Shown here piece after piece: positions 50,086 to 59,330 of a DNA stretch of 64,000 nucleotides (positions are counted from its first letter, which is position 1; the number at the start of each line of letters is the position of its first letter). The stretch is from Myxococcota bacterium. Lineage in GTDB: Bacteria; Myxococcota_A; UBA796; CAJQPC01. The translations under genes and the position numbers were made by a program. The stretch is taken from assembly GCA_036012755.1 (NCBI GenBank), contig DASCPX010000183.1, positions 21,866 to 85,865 on the forward strand, read 5' to 3'. The notes beneath the pieces were generated by a model. That model did no database searches, was not told the DNA's origin, and worked only from the letters and a program-made list of their open reading frames with translations.

Positions 50086-50924
50086 GGCTCGTTGACCCGG
50101 TCGAAGAACAGCGCGTGGTCGCGTGAGAAGTCCCCGAAGCCGAGGAAGACCTGCTCCTTGAGTTCTTCGTGCCAGGCGAGGTCGCAGAACTGGAAGGCTC
50201 GGCGCAGGCCCATCACCGCCTGATCGAAGCACTCCGCGTTGGCGCCGCAGCCATGGGCGCTGTGCTTGGAGATCCAGGCGTAGGCGAGGTGTTCTCCGCC
50301 CGCCACCTCGATCTTCGTGCTCCGCAGGTAGGCCACCAGCGCGGGATCGCCGCTGTCGAGGGCCTCGTCGATCAGCGAGAACTCCCCGTCGGCGAGGACC
50401 TCGCTGCCGAGGTGGTAGCCGATGGAGCGGAAGATGTTCGGCAGCGTGTCAGGCGTGTGCGTGCCGTAGCCGATGGCAACTCGCTGTTGGAGCCCGTCCA
50501 GCCACGTGGGGTCCGCCAACGCCGCGTTGATCTTCTCTGTGTCGGTCATCCGGCCGTACTGCAAGATGCCCCGCAGCGTGGCCTGGGCCAGACATCGGTG
50601 GGTGTCCCTGTGCTCCGTGTCGGAGTCGTCGAACTCGTCGCGGGCGGCGTCGAAGAAGAAGCTCGCCACCAGGACGCTGCGGTCTGACAAGGCCACGATG
50701 GGCTCGTCCCGGTCGCGGAAGAGCTCTCGACTGCGGCCGATCTTCGCGGCCAGCGCGGCCACGCCGCTGCCGAAGTAGCCGTTCCAGCTCGCGTAGCGGG
50801 CGACGAAGCGCAGGAGCGAGGCGTGATTGCGCATCGCGCGGCCCAGCGCCCCCGCCACCAGGTCGTTGCTGGCGTCGAAGTCGAAGCGCTCTCGGAGGTC
50901 CTGCCTCTGGAACCGGGTCGTCAT
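50082..50924 (-). CDS. Hypothetical protein, possible heme-oxygenase-like dimetal fold
   Basis: All-helical pattern with DEF..THR, GSE and WISKH spaced like HDO ligands. ATGA overlap. Confidence 0.45.
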   Translation of the reverse strand: MTTRFQRQDLRERFDFDASNDLVAGALGRAMRNHASLLRFVARYASWNGYFGSGVAALAAKIGRSRELFRDRDEPIVALSDRSVLVASFFFDAARDEFDDSDTEHRDTHRCLAQATLRGILQYGRMTDTEKINAALADPTWLDGLQQRVAIGYGTHTPDTLPNIFRSIGYHLGSEVLADGEFSLIDEALDSGDPALVAYLRSTKIEVAGGEHLAYAWISKHSAHGCGANAECFDQAVMGLRRAFQFCDLAWHEELKEQVFLGFGDFSRDHALFFDRVNEP

Positions 50925-51808
50925 CGGACCTTCTGCTTCTTGGCGCGACGCTTCTTGAAGAGGTCCTCCAGCTCCGTGTCGACCGCAAAGTCGAGGGCCT
51001 CTTCGACGCGCATGCGCTCGACCGCGTCGTCCAGGGCTTCCGTGACGTCCGCGCTGCCGGGGTTCGCGACCACCCGCTGGTAGACCTCTTCAAAAGTGTC
51101 CGCCATCGACAACATCGCGGCCTCCACGGCGGCGGCCCGGCCCCAAAGCGACTTCCGGCGCTCGAGGATGCGCGTCAGATCGGCCTGCGCCTTCTGGAGG
51201 TGCCTCCTGTCGACGGCGTCGGTGGCCTGGCCCAGCTGGACCTCGATCTCGCCGAGGCGCCGGTTCAAGCCGCGCTCGTCCACGTCGTCCCAGCGCTCTC
51301 GCATGGCGAGCCACGCCATCCAGAGCCCGAGGAAGTCGACCGAGGCGTCGTCGAGGTCCTCGATGTTGCGACCGGTCAGCTGCGTGCTGCGCGATCCGGC
51401 GATCTGGCGCAGGGAGTCGAGGCGGTCGAGCATCTTGTTGTAGGCGCGCCAGTTCTTGTCGTCCGGCCGCGCCTTGCGCTCCAGCTCTGCGATGAGGTGG
51501 GCGCGAACGGCGGCTCGTCGCTCAGCGCGCTTCTTGCGGTTGACGAACTCCCGGAAGACCGGCGAGGAGGGCACGAAGAGCGCCGCGATGCCCTCGACGG
51601 CGAGGGCGGCGATGATCGGGATGACCCCGACGCCGATGCCCAGTGGGATGCTGAGGACGGCGCCCAGGCCCAGGGCTCCGACCAGCCCCAGCACGCTCAT
51701 CTGCGAGGTCACCATCTCCTTGAAGTAGTTGGCGTTGGCCTCCGGGACATCGTCAGCGGCCTGCCAGAGGCGCTTGATGGGGGCCAGAGGCTTGTTGTGA
51801 TCGGCCAT
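50921..51808 (-). CDS. Hypothetical membrane-hairpin plus coiled-coil protein
   Basis: Two N-terminal TMs and a long charged helical region. Coupled on both sides. Confidence 0.7.
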   Translation of the reverse strand: MADHNKPLAPIKRLWQAADDVPEANANYFKEMVTSQMSVLGLVGALGLGAVLSIPLGIGVGVIPIIAALAVEGIAALFVPSSPVFREFVNRKKRAERRAAVRAHLIAELERKARPDDKNWRAYNKMLDRLDSLRQIAGSRSTQLTGRNIEDLDDASVDFLGLWMAWLAMRERWDDVDERGLNRRLGEIEVQLGQATDAVDRRHLQKAQADLTRILERRKSLWGRAAAVEAAMLSMADTFEEVYQRVVANPGSADVTEALDDAVERMRVEEALDFAVDTELEDLFKKRRAKKQKVR

Positions 51809-52617
51809 CAGAGCGAGACCCGCACCTGGCCCTTGCCGCTGGCGTGGAGCTGCTCGAGGATGCGCTCCTCCATCGCCACGGCCGAACTCGAGCGCTGCCA
51901 GTGAGTGCAGCGTGGGCGTGGCTCCTCGATGGTGAAGTCATCCGCGATCTTCGCGGGCTGGGTGGAGAGCACGACGACCCGGTCCCCGAGCAGGAGCGCC
52001 TCTGTGACGTCGTGGGTCACGAAGGCGACGACGCAGGGGTTGGTCTCCAAGAGCGTGCTCAAGAGCTCCTGCATCTCCTCGCGCGTCTGGGCGTCCAGGG
52101 CCCCGAAGGGCTCGTCCATGAGCAGGATGCGTGGCTGGAGCACCAGGGCGCGCGCCAGGGCCACCCGCTGGTTCTGCCCGCCGGAGAGCTGCGCGGGCCT
52201 GAGCTCGGCCTTGTCCGCGAGCCCGACCTGCTCGAGGATGGCCTCGAGGCGGGCCTTCTGCTCGGCCGCCGAGACGCGCTCCTTCCACAGGCCCAGGCGG
52301 AAGGGGAAGGCGACGTTCTCTCGCACGCTCAAATCCGGCCTGTTCGCGTAGCGCTGGAAGACCATCACCGCGTCGTCGTGGGGACCCACGCAGGCCTCGC
52401 CGTCGATGAGGACCTCTCCAGAGGTGGGGGTCACGACGTTCAGCGGTCGGACGCCGCCCATCATGCGGAGGATGGTGGACTTTCCGCAGCCCGAAGGCCC
52501 CAGGATCATGGTGATGCCCGGCCCCTCGAGCTTCAGGCTGATGCCGTCGACCACGCGCAGGATGCCGCCCTCCGGCTTCGGGTACTCCTGGACGACGTCG
52601 CACAGCTCGACGCTCAC
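51808..52617 (-). CDS. NitT/TauT-family ABC ATP-binding protein
   Basis: GPSGCGKS, LSGGQNQR, MDEPFGALDAQTR, VTHD. Confidence 0.92.
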   Translation of the reverse strand: MSVELCDVVQEYPKPEGGILRVVDGISLKLEGPGITMILGPSGCGKSTILRMMGGVRPLNVVTPTSGEVLIDGEACVGPHDDAVMVFQRYANRPDLSVRENVAFPFRLGLWKERVSAAEQKARLEAILEQVGLADKAELRPAQLSGGQNQRVALARALVLQPRILLMDEPFGALDAQTREEMQELLSTLLETNPCVVAFVTHDVTEALLLGDRVVVLSTQPAKIADDFTIEEPRPRCTHWQRSSSAVAMEERILEQLHASGKGQVRVSL

Positions 52618-53405
52618 GTGACCTCCCAGTCGTAGAAGCGCTTCTTGACCGCGGTCATGGCCGTGAAGGTCACGAGCGCCAGGCCGATGATGACGAAGAT
52701 GCTCGCAAAGACCTGGTCCATCGCGGAGAACCGTCGGGCGTGGGACATCAGTTGCCCGAGGCCGACCTCTGCGTTCACGTACTCGGCGACCGTGATGTAG
52801 GTCCACTCGATGCTGACCGCGACGATGACCGCGTCCGCGATGCGCGGCATGGCCATCGGCACGACCGCGTGGCGGATGGACTCCCAGGGCGTCGCCCCGA
52901 GGTCCCTGGCCGAGATGTAGTAGGTGCTCGGTACCGCCCGGACCGCGTCGCGCACCATCGGGATGAGGTAGACGACCGCGCCCAGGAAGAGGAAGGTGAT
53001 CTTCATCGACTCCTGGATCCCCAGCCACATCACGAGGATGGGCAGGACCGCCACGATGGGTGCGGAGCGAAAGGGGTCGACCAGCGGGGAGAGCGCCGCG
53101 TTCACGCGGGTCGAGGCGCCCATCAGGATGCCGATGGGAACGCCGATCGCGACGAGCAGGAGCCCCGCTACCGCCACCCGGGACAGCGACGCAGCTGTCG
53201 CCCGACCGAGGGGGGACTCGCCCTTTTCGGGGTTCCAGGCGAGGTTCACGAAGGCCTCTGCGACCTCCCACGGAGCCGGCAGCTTGTTGGCCTCTACGAG
53301 TCCGGCGCCGCTCAGGACGCACCAGACGGCGATGACCGTGGCCACCGCCGCGACGCCGAGGATGCGCCTCGTCTTGGCGTCGAGGACGTCGTAGGGGTTC
53401 CACAT
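52614..53405 (-). CDS. NitT/TauT-family ABC permease
   Basis: LPAPWEV, SARDLGAT, VAEY..GLG, multiple TMs. Confidence 0.9.
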   Translation of the reverse strand: MWNPYDVLDAKTRRILGVAAVATVIAVWCVLSGAGLVEANKLPAPWEVAEAFVNLAWNPEKGESPLGRATAASLSRVAVAGLLLVAIGVPIGILMGASTRVNAALSPLVDPFRSAPIVAVLPILVMWLGIQESMKITFLFLGAVVYLIPMVRDAVRAVPSTYYISARDLGATPWESIRHAVVPMAMPRIADAVIVAVSIEWTYITVAEYVNAEVGLGQLMSHARRFSAMDQVFASIFVIIGLALVTFTAMTAVKKRFYDWEVT

Positions 53406-53411
53406 CCGGGC

Positions 53412-55052
53412 TCAGCCCCGGCTGTGGATTGCCAGACGGGTGGTCCGGTTGGCTGAGCGGCAGTCCTCGAGAGACAGCTCCTCGGCGGCGGGGTTGGACT
53501 CGTCGCAGATCGGCTTGTCGGGTCCGTACCCGACGACGACGAAGCGCTCGCGCGGGAACTCCCACTGCAGGACCAGGTAGTCGACCACGACGGCGGCCCG
53601 CTTGCCGGAGAGGGTCATGTTCGTGCCGCGCGAGCCGGTCGAGTCCGTGTTGCCGCTGACCTCGAAGTAGGCGGCGCCGTTGTTCTCGATGAGGGGGACC
53701 ATCTCGTCGTCGATGATCTGCTCGCTGCGCTTGGTGAGCTCGGCGCTGCCGGTAGCGAAGTTGATCGTGATGGGCTTGGTGAGCTGGGCCTGGCGGGCGT
53801 GGGCCTCGTCACGCTCCTTCTCGGTGAAGACGAACTGCGGCTTGGCGGCCGCGGCCTTCGCAGCGGCGTCCTCGGCGAGGAGCTTCTGGACGTACTTGTA
53901 CTCGAAGCTGTCCTGCGGGTTGATGACCGGCGAGTTGGGGTTCGCCAGCGCTCCGGCTCCCCGGTAGATGCCGTCGAAGCGCTTGTAGACGCGCTCGTAG
54001 TGGTTCGTGCCTCCGGCCATGCCGAGGATGCGGGCGTTGTCCTCGAGCCCGGTCCAGACGATGCCGTCGAAGAGGCCCTTCACGAAGGCGTCGCCCTCTT
54101 CGCGGGCGAGCAGGTCGAAGAACTCCTCTGTCTCCCGCAGCGCGCGGACGGCGTTGTCCGGGTCGGACTCGGCGGCGGTGACGCCCTCGAGCCAGCCCTG
54201 CACGAAGCCCTGGAAGGCTGCGTCGTTGGCCGGGTCGTCGAGGTGTCGCGTGTCGCAGACGATGACGTCGTAGACCAGGTTCGTGGCGGTGGCCGTCGAG
54301 TAGATGACGTGGGCGCCGTCGATGCCCGTGGCGGCCAGGGACAGGTCCGGATCCCAGAGGGCGGCGGCGTCGGCGTTGCCGGACTCCAGCGCGGCTCTCA
54401 CGCCGGCGAGGCCTTCGTCGGGGTTCACGTAGATGAACTTGATCGAGTTCTTCTTGCGCGCCGTCAGGGAGCTGTTGTCGATGGCGTCGATGACCATTCC
54501 GTCCGAGGGCGTGTACTGCAACAGGGCGATGGACTTGCCGGCGAGGTCCTCGATGGAGTTGACCTTTGGATCGGTCGCGATGACCGCGTCGGCCCCCTGG
54601 GTGTTGTCGACGACGACGACGGCCTTGGCGTCGAGCCCTGCGTTGCGGAGGTTCGGGTGCTCCTGGGCCCAGAAGTCGCTGGTACGCCAGGAACAGTGTG
54701 CCGTCTTGCTGGTGAAGATCGTGGACAGCGTCGGGATGTCGTCCTGGATGACGAGCTCCACGTTCACGCCGGCCTTGTCGAAGATGGAGCCGGGCTGGGT
54801 CGTCAGCGAGTTCCCGTTGGCGACCAGCGCCGGGGCGTAGCCGTGGAAGGAGACGATCGACACCTTGAGCGGGTTGCTCTTGGTCCCGAGCGCTCCACCG
54901 TCCCCGCCGAAGGTCGGCACGCTGGGGTCGCCCTCTGAGAGGGGGTCGACCTCGCCCGGGTCGGAGAACCCGAGGTGGTAGATGGCGGCGCCTGCTACGG
55001 CGATGATGGCGAATGCGATGAGTCCCTTGGACAACGGCGTCAGCTTGGCCAT
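53412..55052 (-). CDS. Substrate-binding protein (NMT1/SsuA-like) fused to an OmpA-like peptidoglycan-binding domain
   Basis: GADAVI..IEDLAGK, LWDPD; C-terminus INFATGS..GNTDSTG..N..LS..RA..GYG..NR. Confidence 0.87.
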   Translation of the reverse strand: MAKLTPLSKGLIAFAIIAVAGAAIYHLGFSDPGEVDPLSEGDPSVPTFGGDGGALGTKSNPLKVSIVSFHGYAPALVANGNSLTTQPGSIFDKAGVNVELVIQDDIPTLSTIFTSKTAHCSWRTSDFWAQEHPNLRNAGLDAKAVVVVDNTQGADAVIATDPKVNSIEDLAGKSIALLQYTPSDGMVIDAIDNSSLTARKKNSIKFIYVNPDEGLAGVRAALESGNADAAALWDPDLSLAATGIDGAHVIYSTATATNLVYDVIVCDTRHLDDPANDAAFQGFVQGWLEGVTAAESDPDNAVRALRETEEFFDLLAREEGDAFVKGLFDGIVWTGLEDNARILGMAGGTNHYERVYKRFDGIYRGAGALANPNSPVINPQDSFEYKYVQKLLAEDAAAKAAAAKPQFVFTEKERDEAHARQAQLTKPITINFATGSAELTKRSEQIIDDEMVPLIENNGAAYFEVSGNTDSTGSRGTNMTLSGKRAAVVVDYLVLQWEFPRERFVVVGYGPDKPICDESNPAAEELSLEDCRSANRTTRLAIHSRG

Positions 55053-55054
55053 GT

Positions 55055-55789
55055 TCAGCTCTCCTGGGGGAATGTGACGTTCAGGGTCTTCAGGCGATCG
55101 ATCTCCGCCTCGTAGCGGGCTCGTTCCTGAGTGCAGATGTTGCGTGTCTCGGCGAGGCGGACGTTGACCTGCGCCTTGGCGTCGGCCACGTCCTGCAGCT
55201 CCTGGGCGAGCAGGGCCTCGAGGTCCGCGATCTGCTTGCGGATCTCTGTCGAGGCCTTCTCCTTGTACTGGTCTTGCGAGCTCAGATCGTCGGCCGCCTT
55301 GGTCTCTGCTTCCGCGACGGTCGCGTCGAGCTCGGCCTGGGCGGTGCGCAGGGCCTCCATCTTGCGGTCGGCGTCGAGCAGGGGGTCGCTGATGGTCCAG
55401 GTCGGCTCCGCGGTGTCCATCGCGAGGATCGCCGCCTTGCGTGCTGCCGGGTCCAGCGCCTTCATCGCGTCCAGGATCGTGAGCAGCTTCTCCGCCGGAT
55501 ATGGCGAGCCGGTGACACCCAGGCGGTCGTAGACCTGGTCCAGCGGCACGCCGGACTGCACGTCGACGAGGGGCTCGACGTGGACAGGCGGGGGCTCCGG
55601 GGGTTCCAGAGCCGGGTCGGTGTCCGCCTCGAGGTCCACCTCGCCGCTCTCCAGCGCGCGGGACTCAGCCAGGATGCGCTCGATCTCCTCCGGATCGGCG
55701 GGGCCAGCGCCTCCACCGACCCGCTCGCGCTCGGCGTCGGTCAAGTCGACCAGCCCAGCTTTCGCCAGGGCCTTCAACCATCTGCTCAT
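55055..55789 (-). CDS. Hypothetical coiled-coil protein
   Basis: Amphipathic N-terminus MSRWLKALAKAGLV and a long heptad C-terminus. First gene of the operon. Confidence 0.7.
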   Translation of the reverse strand: MSRWLKALAKAGLVDLTDAERERVGGGAGPADPEEIERILAESRALESGEVDLEADTDPALEPPEPPPVHVEPLVDVQSGVPLDQVYDRLGVTGSPYPAEKLLTILDAMKALDPAARKAAILAMDTAEPTWTISDPLLDADRKMEALRTAQAELDATVAEAETKAADDLSSQDQYKEKASTEIRKQIADLEALLAQELQDVADAKAQVNVRLAETRNICTQERARYEAEIDRLKTLNVTFPQES

Positions 55790-55866
55790 CGGGAACCTCT
55801 AGGCGTCCTCGCCCGTCTTTCGGGCGCTCCAAACCCCTTATTGCCAGGGCTGCCCCGCGGCCACGG

Positions 55867-56577
55867 TCAGGAGTGTCGCTTGAGCGCGTCGGCGACGATC
55901 GAGGTGGCCGAGCCGGAGCGGCGTGTCCAGGTGGACTCGGCGGGGCTGTCCGCCTCGCGCTCGAAGATCCCCTCGTGTTTCTCGTGGAGCTGCGCGACGA
56001 GGTCCTCTGGGAGCGCGACGGGACCTCCCAGCTGGCGGGCGACGAGGGCGATCTTCGCGAGGTGCTCGACGAGCTCCATGCGCAACAGCGCGGTCTCGAG
56101 GTCCGGCCCCACCGTGAGCACGCCGTGGTTGGCGAGCATCAGGGCGTCGGCCTCTTCAAGCTCTTGGAGGTCCGGCTCCATGGAGAACGGGACCAGCGGG
56201 ATCCGGCGTCCCAGGGAGACGACCGGCTCGGCCATGAAGGGAGGGCCGAGCTCTACCTGGGCCACGGCGAAGCCCGTCGCGGTCGGAGGATGGGCGTGGA
56301 TGACGCAGTGGACGTCTGGGCGGATCCGGTAGGCGGCCAGGTGCAGCTTCAGCTCGGAGAAGCCCTTGCGCGTTCCACTCACCAGCTCGCCCTCTCCGTC
56401 GACGACGATGAGCATCTCGGCGCTGACGGCGCCCTTCGACATGGACGTCGGCGTCGCCAGGAAGTGATCGCCGAGCCGGGCGCTGACGTTGCCGTCGTGG
56501 TTCGCCACCCAGCCGCTGGCGTGGAGCTGGCGCGCCGTGGTGACGAGCTCGGCGCGGAGGGTCTCTTCGCTGGACAT
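55867..56577 (-). CDS. Class II aldolase/adducin family protein with putative C-terminal encapsulation peptide
   Basis: DGNVSAR, TPTS, SELKLH, HAHP, ANHG; linker plus helix ATSIVADALKR. Confidence 0.88.
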   Translation of the reverse strand: MSSEETLRAELVTTARQLHASGWVANHDGNVSARLGDHFLATPTSMSKGAVSAEMLIVVDGEGELVSGTRKGFSELKLHLAAYRIRPDVHCVIHAHPPTATGFAVAQVELGPPFMAEPVVSLGRRIPLVPFSMEPDLQELEEADALMLANHGVLTVGPDLETALLRMELVEHLAKIALVARQLGGPVALPEDLVAQLHEKHEGIFEREADSPAESTWTRRSGSATSIVADALKRHS

Positions 56578-56581
56578 GGGC

Positions 56582-57088
56582 CTACTCGGTCCTGCAGGCG
56601 CTGCCGATGGACGCGACGGTGGCGTTGCCGATGCCCTTGACCCGCGTGAGGTCGCCGCAGCTGGAGTAGGAGCCGTTGGCGGTGCGGTCGTCGATGATGG
56701 CCTGCGCCTTCGCCGGGCCGATGCCATTGAGGGCCTGGAGCTCGCTCACCGAGGCTTCGTTCACGTCGATGGCGTCAGCGGCCGGCTCTGTCGCCACTGT
56801 CGCTGTCGCCTCCGCTGCCTCCGGCGCGTCAGTTGCCTCACCCGCCTCACCGAACTCGACCATCGCCGAGATGCTCTGGAGCGTGGCCGGGCCGATGCCC
56901 GGGACGCTGTCGAGCTCGTTCAGGGTCGAGAAGGGGCCGTTGGCCGTGCGGTACTCGATGATGGCGGAGGCCTTCGACGGACCGATGCCAGGGAGGGTCT
57001 CGAGCTCGGAGGACGACGCGGTGTTCACGTTGACCCCCGCGAACGCTGGACTGACGAAGAGCAACAGGCCGAGGATCCAGCTGAACAT
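56582..57088 (-). CDS. comEA: ComEA-family DNA-binding protein, two HhH domains
   Basis: VNVNTAS..LPGIGPSKA..GPF..VPGIG, repeated twice. Signal peptide. Confidence 0.88.
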   Translation of the reverse strand: MFSWILGLLLFVSPAFAGVNVNTASSSELETLPGIGPSKASAIIEYRTANGPFSTLNELDSVPGIGPATLQSISAMVEFGEAGEATDAPEAAEATATVATEPAADAIDVNEASVSELQALNGIGPAKAQAIIDDRTANGSYSSCGDLTRVKGIGNATVASIGSACRTE

Positions 57089-57090
57089 CC

Positions 57091-58107
57091 CTACTCCTTT
57101 GTCTGGTCGCGACGAGTGCTGCGCCGCTGCCACCATTGTCTGATACGCCAGAACAAGCCCCTCGGGGGCTCGATCTCGTCCGGATCGCTCGTTCGGGGCC
57201 GCGCGCCGCCCGATCCGGCGATCTTCGGGGCCGTCTCGGGGAGGGGCTCGATGGCCGGGCGCGGGGCGGCGACCGTGGCGTCCCGCGGCAACCACCCCAG
57301 GTTCGCGGCCGAGGGGAGGCCGTCGAGGACCTCGACGTTGCGGCCGTCGCTCTCGAGTGTGAGCACTCCCCACGCGTCCGTGCGGTAGATCACGGCGCCG
57401 GATGCTGCCAGCCGCGCGGTCGTCTGGTCCCCCGGGTGGTGGTAGCGATTGCCCAGGCCGCAGCTGATGAGGGCGATGTCGGGGTCCACCGCGCGCAGGA
57501 AGGCCGCCGAGGTGGAGTGGTTCGAGCCGTGGTGGGCCACCTTGAGCACCTCGCAGCGCTCGATCCCCCCGGATATCAGCGCGCGCTCGGTCGGGGCCTC
57601 GGCGTCACCGGTCAACAGGAAGCAGACCTCGCCGTGGTCCAGGCGCAGGACCACCGAGTTCGAGTTGAGGTCCGAGCGCGTGCCCCGCAGCGTCTTCGGT
57701 CCGGGCCACAACACCGTCACGGTCAGGTCGTCATAGGTGAAGACCTCGCCTTTCTGGGCCGTGCGATGGGTGACGGCCTCCTCGTCGAGCGTCTGGACCA
57801 GCTCCCCGTAGGTCTTCGTCGTGTGCTCCAGCCCGTTGTCGAGGAAGAGCTCGACGTCGAAGGACCGGACGATCTGTTGCATGCCCCCGATGTGGTCGGC
57901 GTGCGGGTGGGTGGCGACGACGAGGTCGAGGTCCTCGACTCCGAGGGCGCTCAGGACCGGAACCAGGTCCGCGCTGCGGGTGCCCGAGTCGACCAGGATG
58001 TGTTCGCCGTCGGGGGCCTCGATGAGGATCGCGTCACCCTGGCCCACGTCCAGGACGTGGACCTCGAGCGTCCCTGCCCATGCGATCCCGGCCCAGACCG
58101 CGAACAA
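57091..58107 (-). CDS. ComEC/Rec2-type MBL-fold nuclease domain (stand-alone, secreted)
   Basis: LDVGQGDA, THPHADHIGG, NSNSVV, LTGDAE, KVAHHGS, NRYHHP. Confidence 0.87.
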   Translation of the reverse strand: MFAVWAGIAWAGTLEVHVLDVGQGDAILIEAPDGEHILVDSGTRSADLVPVLSALGVEDLDLVVATHPHADHIGGMQQIVRSFDVELFLDNGLEHTTKTYGELVQTLDEEAVTHRTAQKGEVFTYDDLTVTVLWPGPKTLRGTRSDLNSNSVVLRLDHGEVCFLLTGDAEAPTERALISGGIERCEVLKVAHHGSNHSTSAAFLRAVDPDIALISCGLGNRYHHPGDQTTARLAASGAVIYRTDAWGVLTLESDGRNVEVLDGLPSAANLGWLPRDATVAAPRPAIEPLPETAPKIAGSGGARPRTSDPDEIEPPRGLFWRIRQWWQRRSTRRDQTKE

Positions 58108-59286
58108 CTAAAGCTTGGCGAACCAGATGGTGCGGTTCGTGTAGTCGTAGCAGGCGACGTAGCGTGTCCCACCGATGGTCACGGTCTCGTTGTGGAAGCC
58201 GAGGCCCGCCTCCTGGCCACCGAGGGTGTCGAGGGTCCAGGCGCTGCCGTCGCTCGTGGCGAGGCGGACGTCGTTGTCCTCTCCGTCGAAGTAGACGATG
58301 GCGGGGAAGCTGCCGTTGTCGAAGAGCTCGCCGTCGGCGCCGGCCCACTCGCCGTCGTCGACCAGCTCGGTGGTCCAGGTGTCGCCGGAACCCCGGGCGA
58401 TGCGCAGATCCTGGTTCGTCACGTCCTGGTAGGCGATGATGATCTCTCCGCCGCTGGACAGCAGCGAGGGCCACTGGCCGACATCGGCTTCGAGCCCGTC
58501 TTCGTCGATGCTGCCTTCGTCGACCACGGTGATCTCCCAGCCGGCGCCGCTGTCGACGGCCAGCTTCAGGTCTCCGTTGGCTGCGTCGTAGTAGGCGATG
58601 TACGTACTCGAGCCATCGATGAGGAGTTCGGCGTACTTGCCGACGTCCGCGTCCTTGTCCTCGAGCCCGGAGGCGGTGTCCTCTGCGACGAAGGGCTCGC
58701 CCTCGTCCACGACCTCTGAGTCCCAGCTGTTGTCGTTCCAGTGGACGATGCGCAGCTGGCCCTTCCCGGCGTCGTAGTGGGCCACGACGGGGAGGTCGTC
58801 TCTGAGCTGGAGGCTCGAGAAGAGCCCGGCGTCGGGTGTCGGCCCGCTGCCGGTGTCGGCGAGGCCCGTCTCCCAGTCGTCCTTGCCCGAGCGGCGTGCG
58901 TAGAAGAGGTTGCCGTTGGTGCTGTCGTAGTAGGTGATCCAGGCGGTGCCGCTTCCGTCGACGGCGAGGGAGGTGTACTTGCCACGGTCACCCGGGTCGA
59001 GGCCATCGTCGCCGGCGTAGCCGTCGATGCGCTCCTCTTCCCAGGAGACGGTGCCGTCCTCGATGGTGCCGACGCTGAAGGCCAGCGCTCCCTTCGTGCG
59101 GTCGTAGTAGGAGACGACCGGGTCGCCGTCCATGACGTCCATGGAGAGGTACTGACCGATGTCGTGGGGCTCCTCGGGCTCACCGTCTATCAGGTGGACA
59201 GGGTCTTCCCGGCAGCCCGTGCAGGCCTCCAGGAGCACGCTGGTGCCGACGACCAGGACGATGGGGATGAGGCGGGAAACACGCAT
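58108..59286 (-). CDS. Repeat (beta-propeller-like) lipoprotein
   Basis: Repeats of G-x-Y-x-S-L...I-x-YYD...L. Signal with LEA-C/TG-C. Confidence 0.68.
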   Translation of the reverse strand: MRVSRLIPIVLVVGTSVLLEACTGCREDPVHLIDGEPEEPHDIGQYLSMDVMDGDPVVSYYDRTKGALAFSVGTIEDGTVSWEEERIDGYAGDDGLDPGDRGKYTSLAVDGSGTAWITYYDSTNGNLFYARRSGKDDWETGLADTGSGPTPDAGLFSSLQLRDDLPVVAHYDAGKGQLRIVHWNDNSWDSEVVDEGEPFVAEDTASGLEDKDADVGKYAELLIDGSSTYIAYYDAANGDLKLAVDSGAGWEITVVDEGSIDEDGLEADVGQWPSLLSSGGEIIIAYQDVTNQDLRIARGSGDTWTTELVDDGEWAGADGELFDNGSFPAIVYFDGEDNDVRLATSDGSAWTLDTLGGQEAGLGFHNETVTIGGTRYVACYDYTNRTIWFAKL

Positions 59287-59330
59287 GGGGACGCTCACTT
59301 CGGTGCCAGGAGCCGGGGGGGAACGTAGCA

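Noticed and set aside
55790..55866. c-di-GMP-I riboswitch-like GAAA hairpin (minus strand) before the ABC operon
   Set aside because: Only the stem CGCCCG/CGGGCG and GGACGC resemble it. The GGCAAAC element and second stem are missing and the space is too short.
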